Assembly (NCBI GenBank): GCA_049510745.1
Contig: JBEKYR010000007.1
Coordinates: 64,001-128,000 of the forward strand
DNA length: 64,000 bases
Source of the DNA: Verrucomicrobiota bacterium
GTDB lineage: Bacteria; Verrucomicrobiota; Verrucomicrobiia; Limisphaerales; Palsa-1400
Reading direction: 5' to 3'
The translations under genes were made by a program, and so were the position numbers. Below are positions 1 through 9,710 of this stretch, piece by piece. The notes beneath the pieces are model-generated. The model was not told where the DNA came from and searched no databases. It worked only from the letters and a program-made list of their open reading frames with translations. Position 1 is the stretch's first letter. Every line of letters starts with the position of its first letter.

Positions 1-1
1 C

Positions 2-673
2 GGCCAGCGGTATATATTATGCAAGGGCGGGCGAGGCGGGTTGGGAAACCGCAACTTCGCCACCGCGCGGCGGCAGACGCCGCGCTTTGCCCAACCGGGA
101 GAGGCGGGGAGCGAAGGCGAGTTTTTGCTCGAACTGCGGACCATCGCGGACGTCGGCCTGGTCGGTTTTCCCAACGCGGGCAAATCGACCTTGCTGGGCG
201 CCGTTTCGCAAGCGCATCCAAAGGTCGCCCCTTATCCGTTCACCACGCTTCATCCGCAAATCGGGGTTGTCGAGTATCCCGATTACGTGCGATTGACGAT
301 GTGCGACGTGCCGGGCCTGGTGGCCGGCTCGCATCGGAATGTCGGCCTGGGCCACAAGTTTCTCCGGCATGTCGAACGCTGCAAGCTGCTGGTGCTGTTG
401 CTGGACATGGCGGGAACGGACGGCCGGGAGCCGGCGGACGATTACAAGCAGTTGCTGGATGAATTGGCGTTGTACGACCCCGGCTTGCTGGAAAAACCCC
501 GCCTCGTCGTGGCCAACAAGATGGATGAACCCGTGGCGGAGACAAATCTGAAGAAATTCAAGCGCAAAATCCGCCGCGTCCCTGTTCTCCCGATTTCGGC
601 CGCGTTCGACCAAGGCCTGGAGCATTTCAAAAATGCCATGCGCAAGGCCGCGGCCACTGAGGCGGAGGCGTGA
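2..673 (+). CDS. obgE: Obg/CgtA GTPase (5' truncated by window edge)
   Basis: Frame open from base 2 (KGGRGGLGNRNF); LELRTIADVGLVGFPNAGKST, YPFTTL, DVPG and NKMD motifs. Confidence 0.95.
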   Translation, partial: GQRYILCKGGRGGLGNRNFATARRQTPRFAQPGEAGSEGEFLLELRTIADVGLVGFPNAGKSTLLGAVSQAHPKVAPYPFTTLHPQIGVVEYPDYVRLTMCDVPGLVAGSHRNVGLGHKFLRHVERCKLLVLLLDMAGTDGREPADDYKQLLDELALYDPGLLEKPRLVVANKMDEPVAETNLKKFKRKIRRVPVLPISAAFDQGLEHFKNAMRKAAATEAEA

Positions 674-714
674 AACGCTGAACTCCGTTTTCTGCTTCGC
701 GGCAAATACTCTCT

Positions 715-1818
715 ATGCTCAAAGCTGGAATCGTCGGATTGCCCAACGTCGGCAAAAGCACCCTCTTTAACGCCCTGACCCGGACACGCAAAGCGCCCGC
801 CGCCAATTACCCTTTCTGCACGATTGATCCCAACCTCGGCATCGTGACGGTGCCGGACGCGCGTTTGGAGGCGCTGGCCCCGATCGCGAAAACGACGGTG
901 ATAATTCCCGCGGTGATCGAATTTGTGGATATCGCCGGGTTGGTCAAGGGGGCCTCGCAAGGAGAAGGGCTGGGCAACAAATTCCTCAGCCACATCCGGG
1001 AAGTCGATGCCATTATCCAAGTCGTCCGTTGCTTCGAGGACCCGGACGTCCATCATGTCGCCGGGGCCATTGATCCGGTCCGCGACATTGAAACGGTCAC
1101 GACGGAATTGGTGTTGGCCGATTTGGAAGCCGTGCAGAAGCGCCTGGAGAAAAGCGCCAAGGAGGTCAAGCGGGGCGACAAACTGGCGATGGAAGAGGCC
1201 AGGGTCCTGAAGAAGTTCCAGAGCCACTTCGATTCCGGCCAGCCTGGGATCACTTTGCATTTGACGCCGGAGGAGCGGGCTTTAGCCAGATCATTCTATC
1301 TGCTGACCGATAAACCGACCATTTTCGCCGCAAACGTTAAAGAAGCCGACTTGGCCGGAGCCGCGTCCAACCCCTTTGTTGAACAGGTCAGGAACTACGC
1401 GCGCAAACACCACGCCTGCGAAACGGTCGTCATTTGCGCCCAGATTGAAAGCGACCTGATCGACCTGGCAGCCGACGAGTCGAAGGCGTTTTTGAAGGAA
1501 TTGGGGGTGGAGGAATCCGGGGTTGGCACGCTTATCGGGAGCACGTATCGCTTGCTGGGGCTTCGCACCTTTTTTACGGCCAGTGAGAAGGAAGTCCGGG
1601 CCTGGACGATTCACGCCGGCGACACTGCGCCGAAAGCGGCGGGGGTCGTCCACAGCGATTTCGAACGCGGTTTCATCAAAGCGGAAACCGTCGCGTACGC
1701 GGATTTGGTGCGCTGTGGGTCCATTGCCGTCGCCCGGGATAAGGGGCTTTACCGAATGGAGGGCAAAGAGTACGTGGTGCAGGATGGGGACGTGATTCTG
1801 TTCAAATTCAACGTATGA
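715..1818 (+). CDS. ychF: Redox-regulated ribosome-binding ATPase YchF
   Basis: [42 protein letters not shown]-terminal [12 protein letters not shown] and [12 protein letters not shown]. Confidence 0.97.
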   Translation: MLKAGIVGLPNVGKSTLFNALTRTRKAPAANYPFCTIDPNLGIVTVPDARLEALAPIAKTTVIIPAVIEFVDIAGLVKGASQGEGLGNKFLSHIREVDAIIQVVRCFEDPDVHHVAGAIDPVRDIETVTTELVLADLEAVQKRLEKSAKEVKRGDKLAMEEARVLKKFQSHFDSGQPGITLHLTPEERALARSFYLLTDKPTIFAANVKEADLAGAASNPFVEQVRNYARKHHACETVVICAQIESDLIDLAADESKAFLKELGVEESGVGTLIGSTYRLLGLRTFFTASEKEVRAWTIHAGDTAPKAAGVVHSDFERGFIKAETVAYADLVRCGSIAVARDKGLYRMEGKEYVVQDGDVILFKFNV

Positions 1819-1952
1819 TGCGGGATCTTCACGCAAAACCAATGAGTTCTTTTCACGCAATATGCGTGGAATTTTAGCGCAAGCGGGTGAAAACAGGGAA
1901 GAACGGGGGGTAAACGGGGCGAAAAACGGGATTTTTGGCGTTTTTTGGCCTG

Positions 1953-1968
1953 TGGCACTATCCGTGCT
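1953..1968 (+). promoter_or_regulatory. Putative sigma-54 (-24/-12) promoter of the pilin-like gene
   Basis: TGGCACTATCCGTGCT: GG (1954-55) N10 GC (1966-67), about 80 bp upstream of ATG 2048. Confidence 0.7.
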
Positions 1969-2047
1969 TGAAAGAAGGCAAATCGAGTCGGCACTGATAA
2001 CAGAGTAATTACAGAGCGCAGTCGATTCCAAATTAACCTAAGAAAAC

Positions 2048-2923
2048 ATGAAAGAATTACGGAACAGAAAAGTCGGAGCTTTCACTCTCATTGAGTTGTT
2101 AGTTGTCATCGCCATCATCGCCATTCTTGCCAGTATGCTGCTGCCGGCGCTGGCTCGCGCCAAACAAAAGGCGCAGAGAATTTCGTGCATCAACAACCTG
2201 AAGCAGGTCGGCACCGCGTATCGCATTTGGGCCAATGACAACGGCGACCGGTTTCCATGCCAGCAGACCATAGCCTTGGGCGGCATGTCGGACTTGGTCA
2301 CCACCAGCGGGACCGTTTCCCAGTTCGCCTTCCTCGACTACGCCCTCATGCAGAACGAAATGGGCCAATCGGCGAAAATCGTGTGCTGCCCGTCCGACGA
2401 TCGCACGCCCAACACCAACTTCTATTGGGGAAATAACCCTTCGGTCAACAGCAGCTATTTTACGCAAACGGCTTCGGGCACCTTCAACACTACCAACTGC
2501 TCCTATTGGGTTGGGGTTGGCGCCAATGACACCTACCCGCAGTCGCTTCTGGGTGGGGATCGCAACCTCGGTTGCACCGGCGCGACCGGAACCTCTCAGG
2601 ATCAGAACTACGGCTTCTCTCCACCCCAGATCTCTTCAACACAAGGCGCTGACGTTGCGATTTATACTAACGGATCCTTGGATACGGCCGTTCAGGCCTA
2701 CAGCGTCCCCGGCACCGGCTTGGTAGGCTGGTCTGCCAAACTGCATTCCGCCGGCAACCTGGCGGGCGCCGGTGACATCCTTCTTGGTGACGGCAGTTCC
2801 CAACAGGTGACCTCGGGTGGTCTCCGTCTAAACTGGATCAAGAATGCCGTCGATGCCGGTCAATGGGGCGGTGGGATCTCGACGCAGCCGGCCTATGCTG
2901 CCATTCGCCTGTTGTTCCCGTAA
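2048..2923 (+). CDS. Prepilin-type N-terminal cleavage/methylation domain protein (PVC H-X-DG class pilin-like)
   Basis: [36 protein letters not shown], and C-terminal H-X14-DG. Confidence 0.9.
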   Translation: MKELRNRKVGAFTLIELLVVIAIIAILASMLLPALARAKQKAQRISCINNLKQVGTAYRIWANDNGDRFPCQQTIALGGMSDLVTTSGTVSQFAFLDYALMQNEMGQSAKIVCCPSDDRTPNTNFYWGNNPSVNSSYFTQTASGTFNTTNCSYWVGVGANDTYPQSLLGGDRNLGCTGATGTSQDQNYGFSPPQISSTQGADVAIYTNGSLDTAVQAYSVPGTGLVGWSAKLHSAGNLAGAGDILLGDGSSQQVTSGGLRLNWIKNAVDAGQWGGGISTQPAYAAIRLLFP

Positions 2924-2949
2924 TCCGGCCAGCTAGTCCGTTCTTTCGC

Positions 2950-2978
2950 AAAGGCATCCGCAAGGATGCCTTTTTTTA
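2950..2978 (+). terminator. Intrinsic terminator of the pilin-like gene
   Basis: AAGGCATCC-GCAA-GGATGCCTT hairpin followed by a T-run. Confidence 0.9.
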
Positions 2979-3944
2979 TTCCTCCGCCCCGGCTGTCCGC
3001 TGGATGATTTCAGAGAGCGGGGTCGCCGGTTGGAAGCCGACGTACCGGGCCAGCTTTTCGATGATTGGTTTGCGCCGCAGCATGTCCTGGAACCCGGGCG
3101 CGTAGGCTTTCTCGTAAGGCACAGACTCGATGACTGAGGACGACTTGAGCAGGGCAATGACCGTCTCCGCCAGTTTGCCAATGCTGATTTCCTCCGAACC
3201 GCCGACGTTGAAGATTTCCCCGCGGGCAGCGGCGCAAGAGCCCAGGCGGACCAAAGCTTCCACGGTGTCGCCCACGTAACAGAAGCACCGCGTCTGGCGG
3301 CCATCCCCGAACACTTTGAGCGGCTCGCCGCGGCGCGCGGCCCGGATGAAGCGCGGCAAAACCATCCCGTATTGGCCGGTCTGCCGGGGGCCGACCGTAT
3401 TGAAGAGCCTGGCGATGACAACCGGCGTCTTATGCTCTTTGGCATGGGCCAGCGCCAAAAACTCATCCATCAGCTTCGAGCAGGCATAACTCCACCGGCT
3501 CAAGTGCGGCGGGCCGATGAGCAAGTCGTCCTCCTCGGAAAACGCCGCCTTCCGGCTCTTGCCATAAACCTCCGAAGTCGAGGCGAGCAGAATCGGCACG
3601 CCCTTGGCGCTGACGGCGTCCAGGATAAAGCGCGTCTCGCGCAGGTTGGTTTCGATGGTCCTGACACCGTAAGCCATGACCAATTCGACGCCGACCGCCG
3701 CCGCCAGATGGTAAACGGCCCCGGCCTTGGCGACCAACTCTCCCAAAGCGCGGCATTCGGAAACCTTCGATTCGATCACGACCAGGTCCGGATGCGAGCG
3801 CACGGCCCGCAAATTCTCCAGACGCCCCGTGGAGAGGTCATCGAGCACCGTGACGGAATGGCCATCGGCCAGCAAACGTTCGACCAAATGAGAGCCGATG
3901 AATCCGGCGCCGCCGGTCACCAGGATGTTTGTTTTGCCGCCCAC
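2976..3944 (-). CDS. NAD-dependent nucleotide-sugar epimerase/dehydratase
   Basis: VTGGAGFIGSHL, STSEVYG, YACSK (YxxxK), RLFNTVGPRQ. Confidence 0.92.
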   Translation of the reverse strand: MGGKTNILVTGGAGFIGSHLVERLLADGHSVTVLDDLSTGRLENLRAVRSHPDLVVIESKVSECRALGELVAKAGAVYHLAAAVGVELVMAYGVRTIETNLRETRFILDAVSAKGVPILLASTSEVYGKSRKAAFSEEDDLLIGPPHLSRWSYACSKLMDEFLALAHAKEHKTPVVIARLFNTVGPRQTGQYGMVLPRFIRAARRGEPLKVFGDGRQTRCFCYVGDTVEALVRLGSCAAARGEIFNVGGSEEISIGKLAETVIALLKSSSVIESVPYEKAYAPGFQDMLRRKPIIEKLARYVGFQPATPLSEIIQRTAGAEE

Positions 3945-4076
3945 GACCGCCCCATTGTGCGGGGGGACCGGGCTGGACTCAAGCAGGAACAGCGGGAGCG
4001 ACGCGTTTTCGTTTGATTTCGTCTTGCGGCCAGGCGGGCGGCGTCCTACACTCAGGCACGGTGTTCAGCCGGTACA

Positions 4077-4760
4077 ATGATTGAACTGATCCAATTTCCC
4101 TGGAGCCCGTTCTGCCTGGTGCAGCGGCGCATTTTGGAATACGCCTGCGTTCCGCATAAACTCACGAACATCCCCAACCAGGACCGCTCGCTGGTCTGGC
4201 GCCTGACCCGCCGGCGCTATTACGGCGTGCCCATCATCCGGGACGGCCGCACGGTGGTGTTTGAGACCGATGACGATTCGCAGGTGATCGCCAAATACAT
4301 CAACGAAAAATTCCAGCTCGACCTGTTCCCCAAATCGTTCCGGGGCGTGGACCGGATTATGTGGCGGTACATCGAGAATGAAATCGAGGGCTCTTGCTTC
4401 AAGCTCAATGACATTTACTGGGAGGAGTTTGTGCCCAAGGCCGGGCGCCTGGCGTTTTTGCGCCATAAGGAACGGAAATTCGGGCGCGGCTGCCTGGACC
4501 AATGGCGGACGGCACAGCCGCAGTTGATTGCGGACCTGACGCAGAAGCTGGTCCCCTTTGAAACGATGCTGGCGGAGCGGCCCTTCTTGTTGCCAGGACA
4601 GGCGCATTTCCTCGACTTCGACCTTTGGGGCATGCTGGCCAATTTTCTCCATACCGGGCATTACCAGTTGCCGGCCATTCACAGTTGTTTGAATGACTGG
4701 TTCGCGCGGATGTCCAAACTCAAGCGAGCCGCCATCCAAAGTGAAAAACTACATTCTTGA
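4077..4760 (+). CDS. Glutathione S-transferase family protein
   Basis: N-terminal thioredoxin-like SPFC...VPII...DSQVIAKY; C-terminal PFLLPG...DF.LWG. Confidence 0.75.
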   Translation: MIELIQFPWSPFCLVQRRILEYACVPHKLTNIPNQDRSLVWRLTRRRYYGVPIIRDGRTVVFETDDDSQVIAKYINEKFQLDLFPKSFRGVDRIMWRYIENEIEGSCFKLNDIYWEEFVPKAGRLAFLRHKERKFGRGCLDQWRTAQPQLIADLTQKLVPFETMLAERPFLLPGQAHFLDFDLWGMLANFLHTGHYQLPAIHSCLNDWFARMSKLKRAAIQSEKLHS

Positions 4761-6048
4761 CACCAATGTTCTGCTGCACGACCCCAATTCACTCCTGGCC
4801 TTCAAGGGCAACGCCGTCCTGATCCCAATCGAAGTCATCGAGGAAATCGACCGTTTCAAACGGGAGTCATCCGAGTTGGGCCAGAACGCCCGCACCGTTT
4901 CGCGCGCGCTGGACGCCTTGCGCGCCAAAGGCCACCTCAACAAGGGGGTCAAACTCGACAACGGGGGCACCTTGCGCATCATTTTTCACGACCGCAATGG
5001 CGAGGCCACTTCTCCCTTTGGCAACAACACCGTCGATAGCCGCATTGTCAGCCTGGCCCTGGCGGTGCATAAGGCCGAACCCAAAGTGCCCGCCATCCTG
5101 GTCACCAAAGACATCAACCTGCGCCTCAAGGCCGACATCCTGGGCCTGCCCGCCGAGGATTACGAAACCGACCGCGTGCTGTTGACAGACCTTTACACCG
5201 GCATGATCGAGTTGACGGTCACGGCGGAGAAAATGTCCCGCTTCCGCGTCGAAAGCGAACTGGATTTGAACGGCCGCGGCAAATACTTTCCCAACGAATA
5301 CTGCACGCTACAGGAAGAAACCAACCCCAAGCGCACTGCCCTGGCCAAGGTGGACCTGACCGGGACGAAATTGGTTCCGATCCTGGATTGCCGCGAGGGC
5401 ATCTGGGGCATCAAACCGCGCAACCGCGAACAACAATTCGCCTTCGACGCCCTGCTCGACGACCGGGTCAAGCTGGTGACGTTGATGGGCAAGGCCGGCA
5501 CGGGCAAAACCCTCATGGCCATGGCCGCCGGACTGAAACGAACGGTGCTGGACCGCGAATTCCGCCGCCTGGTCGTCGCCCGCCCCACCGTCTCGATGGG
5601 CCGCGAACTGGGTTTCCTTCCCGGTTCGCTGGAGGAGAAGTTGAACCCGTGGATGCAGCCGATCCACGACGCGCTGGAACTGTTGAGCGATTTGAACATG
5701 GGCTCCGACCACCGCCGCAGCACCGATTTGATGCGCTCGGGCACGATTGTGGTCGAGGCCCTCAGCTATATTCGCGGGAGGAGCATCGCCCATCAGTTCA
5801 TGGTCATCGACGAGGCGCAGAACCTGACGCCGCTCGAAGTCAAGACTATTATTACGCGGGTCGGGACGGGCACCAAGATCATTTTCACGGGCGACCCCTA
5901 CCAGATCGACAACCCGTATGTCGATTCCTCCTCCAACGGCTTCAACTACATCATCAGCCGGTTCCGCGACCAGGCGATTTCGGCCCACATCGAACTGCAA
6001 AAGGGGGAGCGCTCGGAACTGGCGGAGCTGGCGGCGAATATTTTATGA
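4741..6048 (+). CDS. phoH: PIN-PhoH (PhoH2-type) protein
   Basis: GTG start; YILDTNVLLHDP PIN domain, GKAGTGKT Walker A, LGFLPG, IRGRS, IDEAQN, GDP.QID. Confidence 0.93.
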   Translation: MKNYILDTNVLLHDPNSLLAFKGNAVLIPIEVIEEIDRFKRESSELGQNARTVSRALDALRAKGHLNKGVKLDNGGTLRIIFHDRNGEATSPFGNNTVDSRIVSLALAVHKAEPKVPAILVTKDINLRLKADILGLPAEDYETDRVLLTDLYTGMIELTVTAEKMSRFRVESELDLNGRGKYFPNEYCTLQEETNPKRTALAKVDLTGTKLVPILDCREGIWGIKPRNREQQFAFDALLDDRVKLVTLMGKAGTGKTLMAMAAGLKRTVLDREFRRLVVARPTVSMGRELGFLPGSLEEKLNPWMQPIHDALELLSDLNMGSDHRRSTDLMRSGTIVVEALSYIRGRSIAHQFMVIDEAQNLTPLEVKTIITRVGTGTKIIFTGDPYQIDNPYVDSSSNGFNYIISRFRDQAISAHIELQKGERSELAELAANIL

Positions 6049-6049
6049 T

Positions 6050-8896
6050 TTACTTCTTTGGAACCAGGCGCAACAAGGGCCGGGGTTCCTTCAGGATGGG
6101 CTGAATGAAGCCTTGGCGGCCGCCGCCTCGCCCCCCGGAGAGCCGGTCCTTCAATAATTCCAGGCGCGATTCAAAATTCAGCACAGGCTTCGCTCCAAGG
6201 TCGGTGCCCCATACCCACAAGGTCCCGTCCGAGGTCAGGCCAAACCACGTTTCTCCGGCGACCCACACATCGACCCAGTCCGAGCGGGAGCCGATCTGGC
6301 GCCACAAACCCACCCAAGGGCGGCCGGCAGTCCATAAGGTGCCATCAGACCGCACCCGGTCTTGCGTTTGGTACGACACCGAGTGAACGTGGTCCGCGGC
6401 CCAATCCGAACTTATGAAAGAACAAACGGCGCTGGCGCCGGCTTGGGCATTCGGCAAACCAACCCCTGCTTCCCACAATTCACCCGCCCGATTTCGGACC
6501 AGGCCGCCGGCGTCAAGTCCGATCCAATTCGTCTCCGCACAAACCTGTGTCGGGAAGGTCAGGTTCGTGTGGAACCAGAGAGACCCGACCCGCGAACCGG
6601 CCAGACTGCCCCACGCCCACAGCGTTCCGTCGGACCGCAGGCCGAACATCGCTCCGCCCCGGATGGAAACGGCCGTCCAATTGCTCGCGGTTCCGACCTG
6701 AACCCATCGATTGGAATTGGCATGAATGAGCTGCTGGATCGCTATGCCACGGTCATCCCGGTTCCAGAGCGTTCCGTCTTTTCTGAGGGCAATCATGTGA
6801 TTCCAGCCAACGCAAATGTCAGTCCAATCCCGGCCGGGGAACGCCGGCTGGGGATCGTTGTGCATGTTGCCGTAGTGGTAGCCCCATTCCCAGACCGTTC
6901 CATCGGCGCGCAAACCGAGGCAATACGAGCCGTCTCCAGTCGCCTTGACCCAATTGCGGGCGGCGCCGATTTGCTCCGGGACGGCGGCGCGCCGCATCGT
7001 GGGCGGACCGGTCCACCCCCAGCGCCAAAGAGTGCCATCGGGCAGGACCAAAAACACTCCGTTGCGTGGAAGGACGGGAAAGATTCTGACCGGGCCGTTG
7101 CTTTGTGTGATTGACACAAGGACGGGCGGGGGAAATTGGGAACGGGTGCGGGCCAGCACCACGCCGGCCAGCGCCAGCACGGCGGCCAGACAGACGACGA
7201 CCGGCTTGCGGAAACGCGGGGCAACGATGCGCCCGGCGAATCCGACCATAGCCGCCGCCATTTTTCCCGGGAATTGCCGCCAGCGAAAATGCGTCCGCTC
7301 CGGGATGAGCGGCCGCTGCGCCAACTCGCGGAACCTCACGCGCAACGATCTCCAGGCGCGCAGTCCGTAAAAAAGGTCCGCCAGAAGCCCCGTGCCCAGC
7401 CATAGCCCCAGCGTGAAACGCTCGCCCGGCGTCTGGCGCGTCAGGTCCAGCAAGGAACACGCGTTCCAGACGGCCAGGATGCCGGCGAACGCAATCCAAG
7501 GGACGACCAAAATGCGAACGACCGCCGTCATGGTGGCGCGCGTCTGGCTCCGGGCCGTGAGCGCCGCCAGCATGGCCACCCAAATTAACGCCGCCACGTC
7601 CGCCACCAACATGATGACGATGACCAGCAAAGTATAGACTTCCTCGCGCGCGTTGTGCCGGCGGACCATCATTCCGGCGAAGATCAATTCCACGGCCACC
7701 ACGACCAGCAGCGGGCGGAGAAATTGCCGGCGCAAAGCGCGCACCTGGCCACCCAGGATGTCGCCGACCATCAGTGGCGTGACGAGCAACAATTCAAAGG
7801 CGCCGGAGCGGCGGTCTTCACCCAAGCGGTGTCCGGCCTCCAGCGTGATCCAGAGTTTGAAGGTGGAATTGAGGAGCACGGCGACCACAAAATAGGTGGA
7901 TTCGTCCAGCCAAAGGCGGCCCTCCTTAATCCATCCATAGACCCACCAAACCGCTGCCAGCCCCAGGAAGATCCAGACATGGACCGGCTTGAGCCGGGCG
8001 CGCGCCGCCAGCCAGAAGAAGGCGTTGGCGTCCAGCGCTCTTCTGCGGAAGGCGGCTCGTTGGGCCGGGCCGCCGTAATTGAGGAGCGGGCCGAGTTCCC
8101 GCCAACGCCACCGGCCCGACGCCGCCACCGCCGGTTTGTCGGACCAGGCGTGGGGCACAATCGAGCAGGCCAAAAACACAAAGAGCCACGCCAGCAAATG
8201 AGTCAAACCCACCGACCACCAAAAATCCGCCGCCATGGTCGCGTATAAACGGTCGGCGCAGAGGGCAAACGAATACAGGGGGCACAAATAAAAGAGTGGC
8301 GGCAGAAACACATTTGTGGCCGCAGCCAGCGCGAGGCCGCAGCCCGCCAGCCCGCCCACCACCAGCGCAAAGAGGAAGAAGTTCGCCGCCATTGCCGCCC
8401 GGTATTCCCGCGTCGCCGCCGATGCCAGGATGCCGATGGCCAGGGAAAGAAAGAAGGTGTTCGCCAGGACCAACACCATCCGCCAAAGTTCGCCGTTGGT
8501 CATCCCGCCCAACAGCAGCGGGATTGCCAGGACGGGGAAGACGGCCAGCAACGCGTAAAAGGCCGACAGCGAGGTTGCCACGAGCTTTCCCAAAACGACA
8601 TCGTAACCTTTCAAGTCGGTCAGGAAGAGCAGCCCCAGGGTTCCTTCCCGTTTTTCCCGGCTCAGGCAGTCGGCGGTCGAGCTTCGACCCACAGTCAAGC
8701 AAAAGAGAATCGACAGGCCGGACAATCCCCAGAAGAGCACCGTGCCGAGTTTGGCCTGGGGTTGGAAGAAGTTGACCAGAGCGGCGGCCACGCCGATGAG
8801 CACGGCCAGGAAGGCGACCCCGACCCGACTCCAATAGGTGACGGGGCGGCGCGAACCTTCCCGCAACTCCCGATCCACAATGGGCAGGAATCTCAT
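6050..8896 (-). CDS. ABC-2 permease-like polytopic membrane protein fused to a C-terminal RCC1/BLIP-II-like repeat domain
   Basis: MRFLPIVDRELR start; two permease-type modules (EKREGTLGLLFLT, EDRRSGAFELLLVTP); repeated DGTLWxWG motifs. Start moved from 8986 to ATG 8896. Confidence 0.75.
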   Translation of the reverse strand: MRFLPIVDRELREGSRRPVTYWSRVGVAFLAVLIGVAAALVNFFQPQAKLGTVLFWGLSGLSILFCLTVGRSSTADCLSREKREGTLGLLFLTDLKGYDVVLGKLVATSLSAFYALLAVFPVLAIPLLLGGMTNGELWRMVLVLANTFFLSLAIGILASAATREYRAAMAANFFLFALVVGGLAGCGLALAAATNVFLPPLFYLCPLYSFALCADRLYATMAADFWWSVGLTHLLAWLFVFLACSIVPHAWSDKPAVAASGRWRWRELGPLLNYGGPAQRAAFRRRALDANAFFWLAARARLKPVHVWIFLGLAAVWWVYGWIKEGRLWLDESTYFVVAVLLNSTFKLWITLEAGHRLGEDRRSGAFELLLVTPLMVGDILGGQVRALRRQFLRPLLVVVAVELIFAGMMVRRHNAREEVYTLLVIVIMLVADVAALIWVAMLAALTARSQTRATMTAVVRILVVPWIAFAGILAVWNACSLLDLTRQTPGERFTLGLWLGTGLLADLFYGLRAWRSLRVRFRELAQRPLIPERTHFRWRQFPGKMAAAMVGFAGRIVAPRFRKPVVVCLAAVLALAGVVLARTRSQFPPPVLVSITQSNGPVRIFPVLPRNGVFLVLPDGTLWRWGWTGPPTMRRAAVPEQIGAARNWVKATGDGSYCLGLRADGTVWEWGYHYGNMHNDPQPAFPGRDWTDICVGWNHMIALRKDGTLWNRDDRGIAIQQLIHANSNRWVQVGTASNWTAVSIRGGAMFGLRSDGTLWAWGSLAGSRVGSLWFHTNLTFPTQVCAETNWIGLDAGGLVRNRAGELWEAGVGLPNAQAGASAVCSFISSDWAADHVHSVSYQTQDRVRSDGTLWTAGRPWVGLWRQIGSRSDWVDVWVAGETWFGLTSDGTLWVWGTDLGAKPVLNFESRLELLKDRLSGGRGGGRQGFIQPILKEPRPLLRLVPKK

Positions 8897-8997
8897 GCTT
8901 GGCAGGGGAAGTTTTGAAGATTGGCCCGGCGATGTCAACGCGGGGCGGCGCCGAAAATGATTGCCAACTTCCCGCGCCGGGGGCATTGGAGAACCCG

Positions 8998-9636
8998 ATG
9001 TGCGGCCGATATTCGCTGACGAAAAAGGAACTGCGGCTGGTTTCGCAACTGCCGCCGGCAGAGGTGCAGCTTCATCTTCAGCCGCGCTTCAACATCGCGC
9101 CGACGCAAAACGCGCCGGTGATTATCATGGAAGACGGGCAAATGGCACCGCGGGAAATGCGCTGGGGCCTGCAACCCGCCTGGTCGCCCGGACCCATCAT
9201 CAACGCCAGGGCCGAAACGTTGACCGCCAAACCAGCCTTTCGCCGCGCCTTTTTGCATGGCCGCTGTTTGGTCCCCGCGGATGGCTTTTACGAGTGGCGC
9301 CGGCCGGACAAAGCCCCGTTTCGCTTTGTCGCGCCGGAGGGGGAGGCGTTTTGTTTCGCGGGGATTTGGGATCAGGCCCTTGTCCAGAAGGCGGCGGGGC
9401 CTGTGAGGGCGTATGCCATTCTGACGACGGGTGCGAGCGCGGAAGTGCTGCCGATTCACGCGCGCATGCCGCTGATCCTGGCGCCGGCCGACTACGGCGG
9501 GTGGCTGGCCGACGGGGCGCGGGCGGAAGAGATTCTGAGGACGCCCTGCGCGGCCCGGTTGCGCCGCTACCCCGTCAGCACGCTGGTCAACAGCCCGTTG
9601 AACGAGGACCCACGATGCGTGGAACAGCAGAATTGA
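8998..9636 (+). CDS. SOS response-associated peptidase (SRAP/YedK family)
   Basis: MCGRY N-terminus, FNIAPTQ, INARAET, RCLVPADGFYEW, IHARMP, VNSP.N. Confidence 0.93.
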   Translation: MCGRYSLTKKELRLVSQLPPAEVQLHLQPRFNIAPTQNAPVIIMEDGQMAPREMRWGLQPAWSPGPIINARAETLTAKPAFRRAFLHGRCLVPADGFYEWRRPDKAPFRFVAPEGEAFCFAGIWDQALVQKAAGPVRAYAILTTGASAEVLPIHARMPLILAPADYGGWLADGARAEEILRTPCAARLRRYPVSTLVNSPLNEDPRCVEQQN

Positions 9637-9662
9637 TTTTCCCGTTTTTTGCCCGTTGTCCT

Positions 9663-9690
9663 TTGACAGCCGCAACGGCTTGGTTATACT
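9663..9690 (+). promoter_or_regulatory. Sigma-70-type promoter of the repeat-rod protein gene
   Basis: TTGACA-N16-TATACT, 20 bp upstream of ATG 9711. Confidence 0.7.
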
Positions 9691-9710
9691 CCCTCCGACA
9701 AGAACCGCCC

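Noticed and set aside
8961..9710. 250-aa N-terminal extension of the 1607-aa ORF
   Set aside because: It overlaps the SRAP gene in another frame; the promoter and signal peptide point to ATG 9711.
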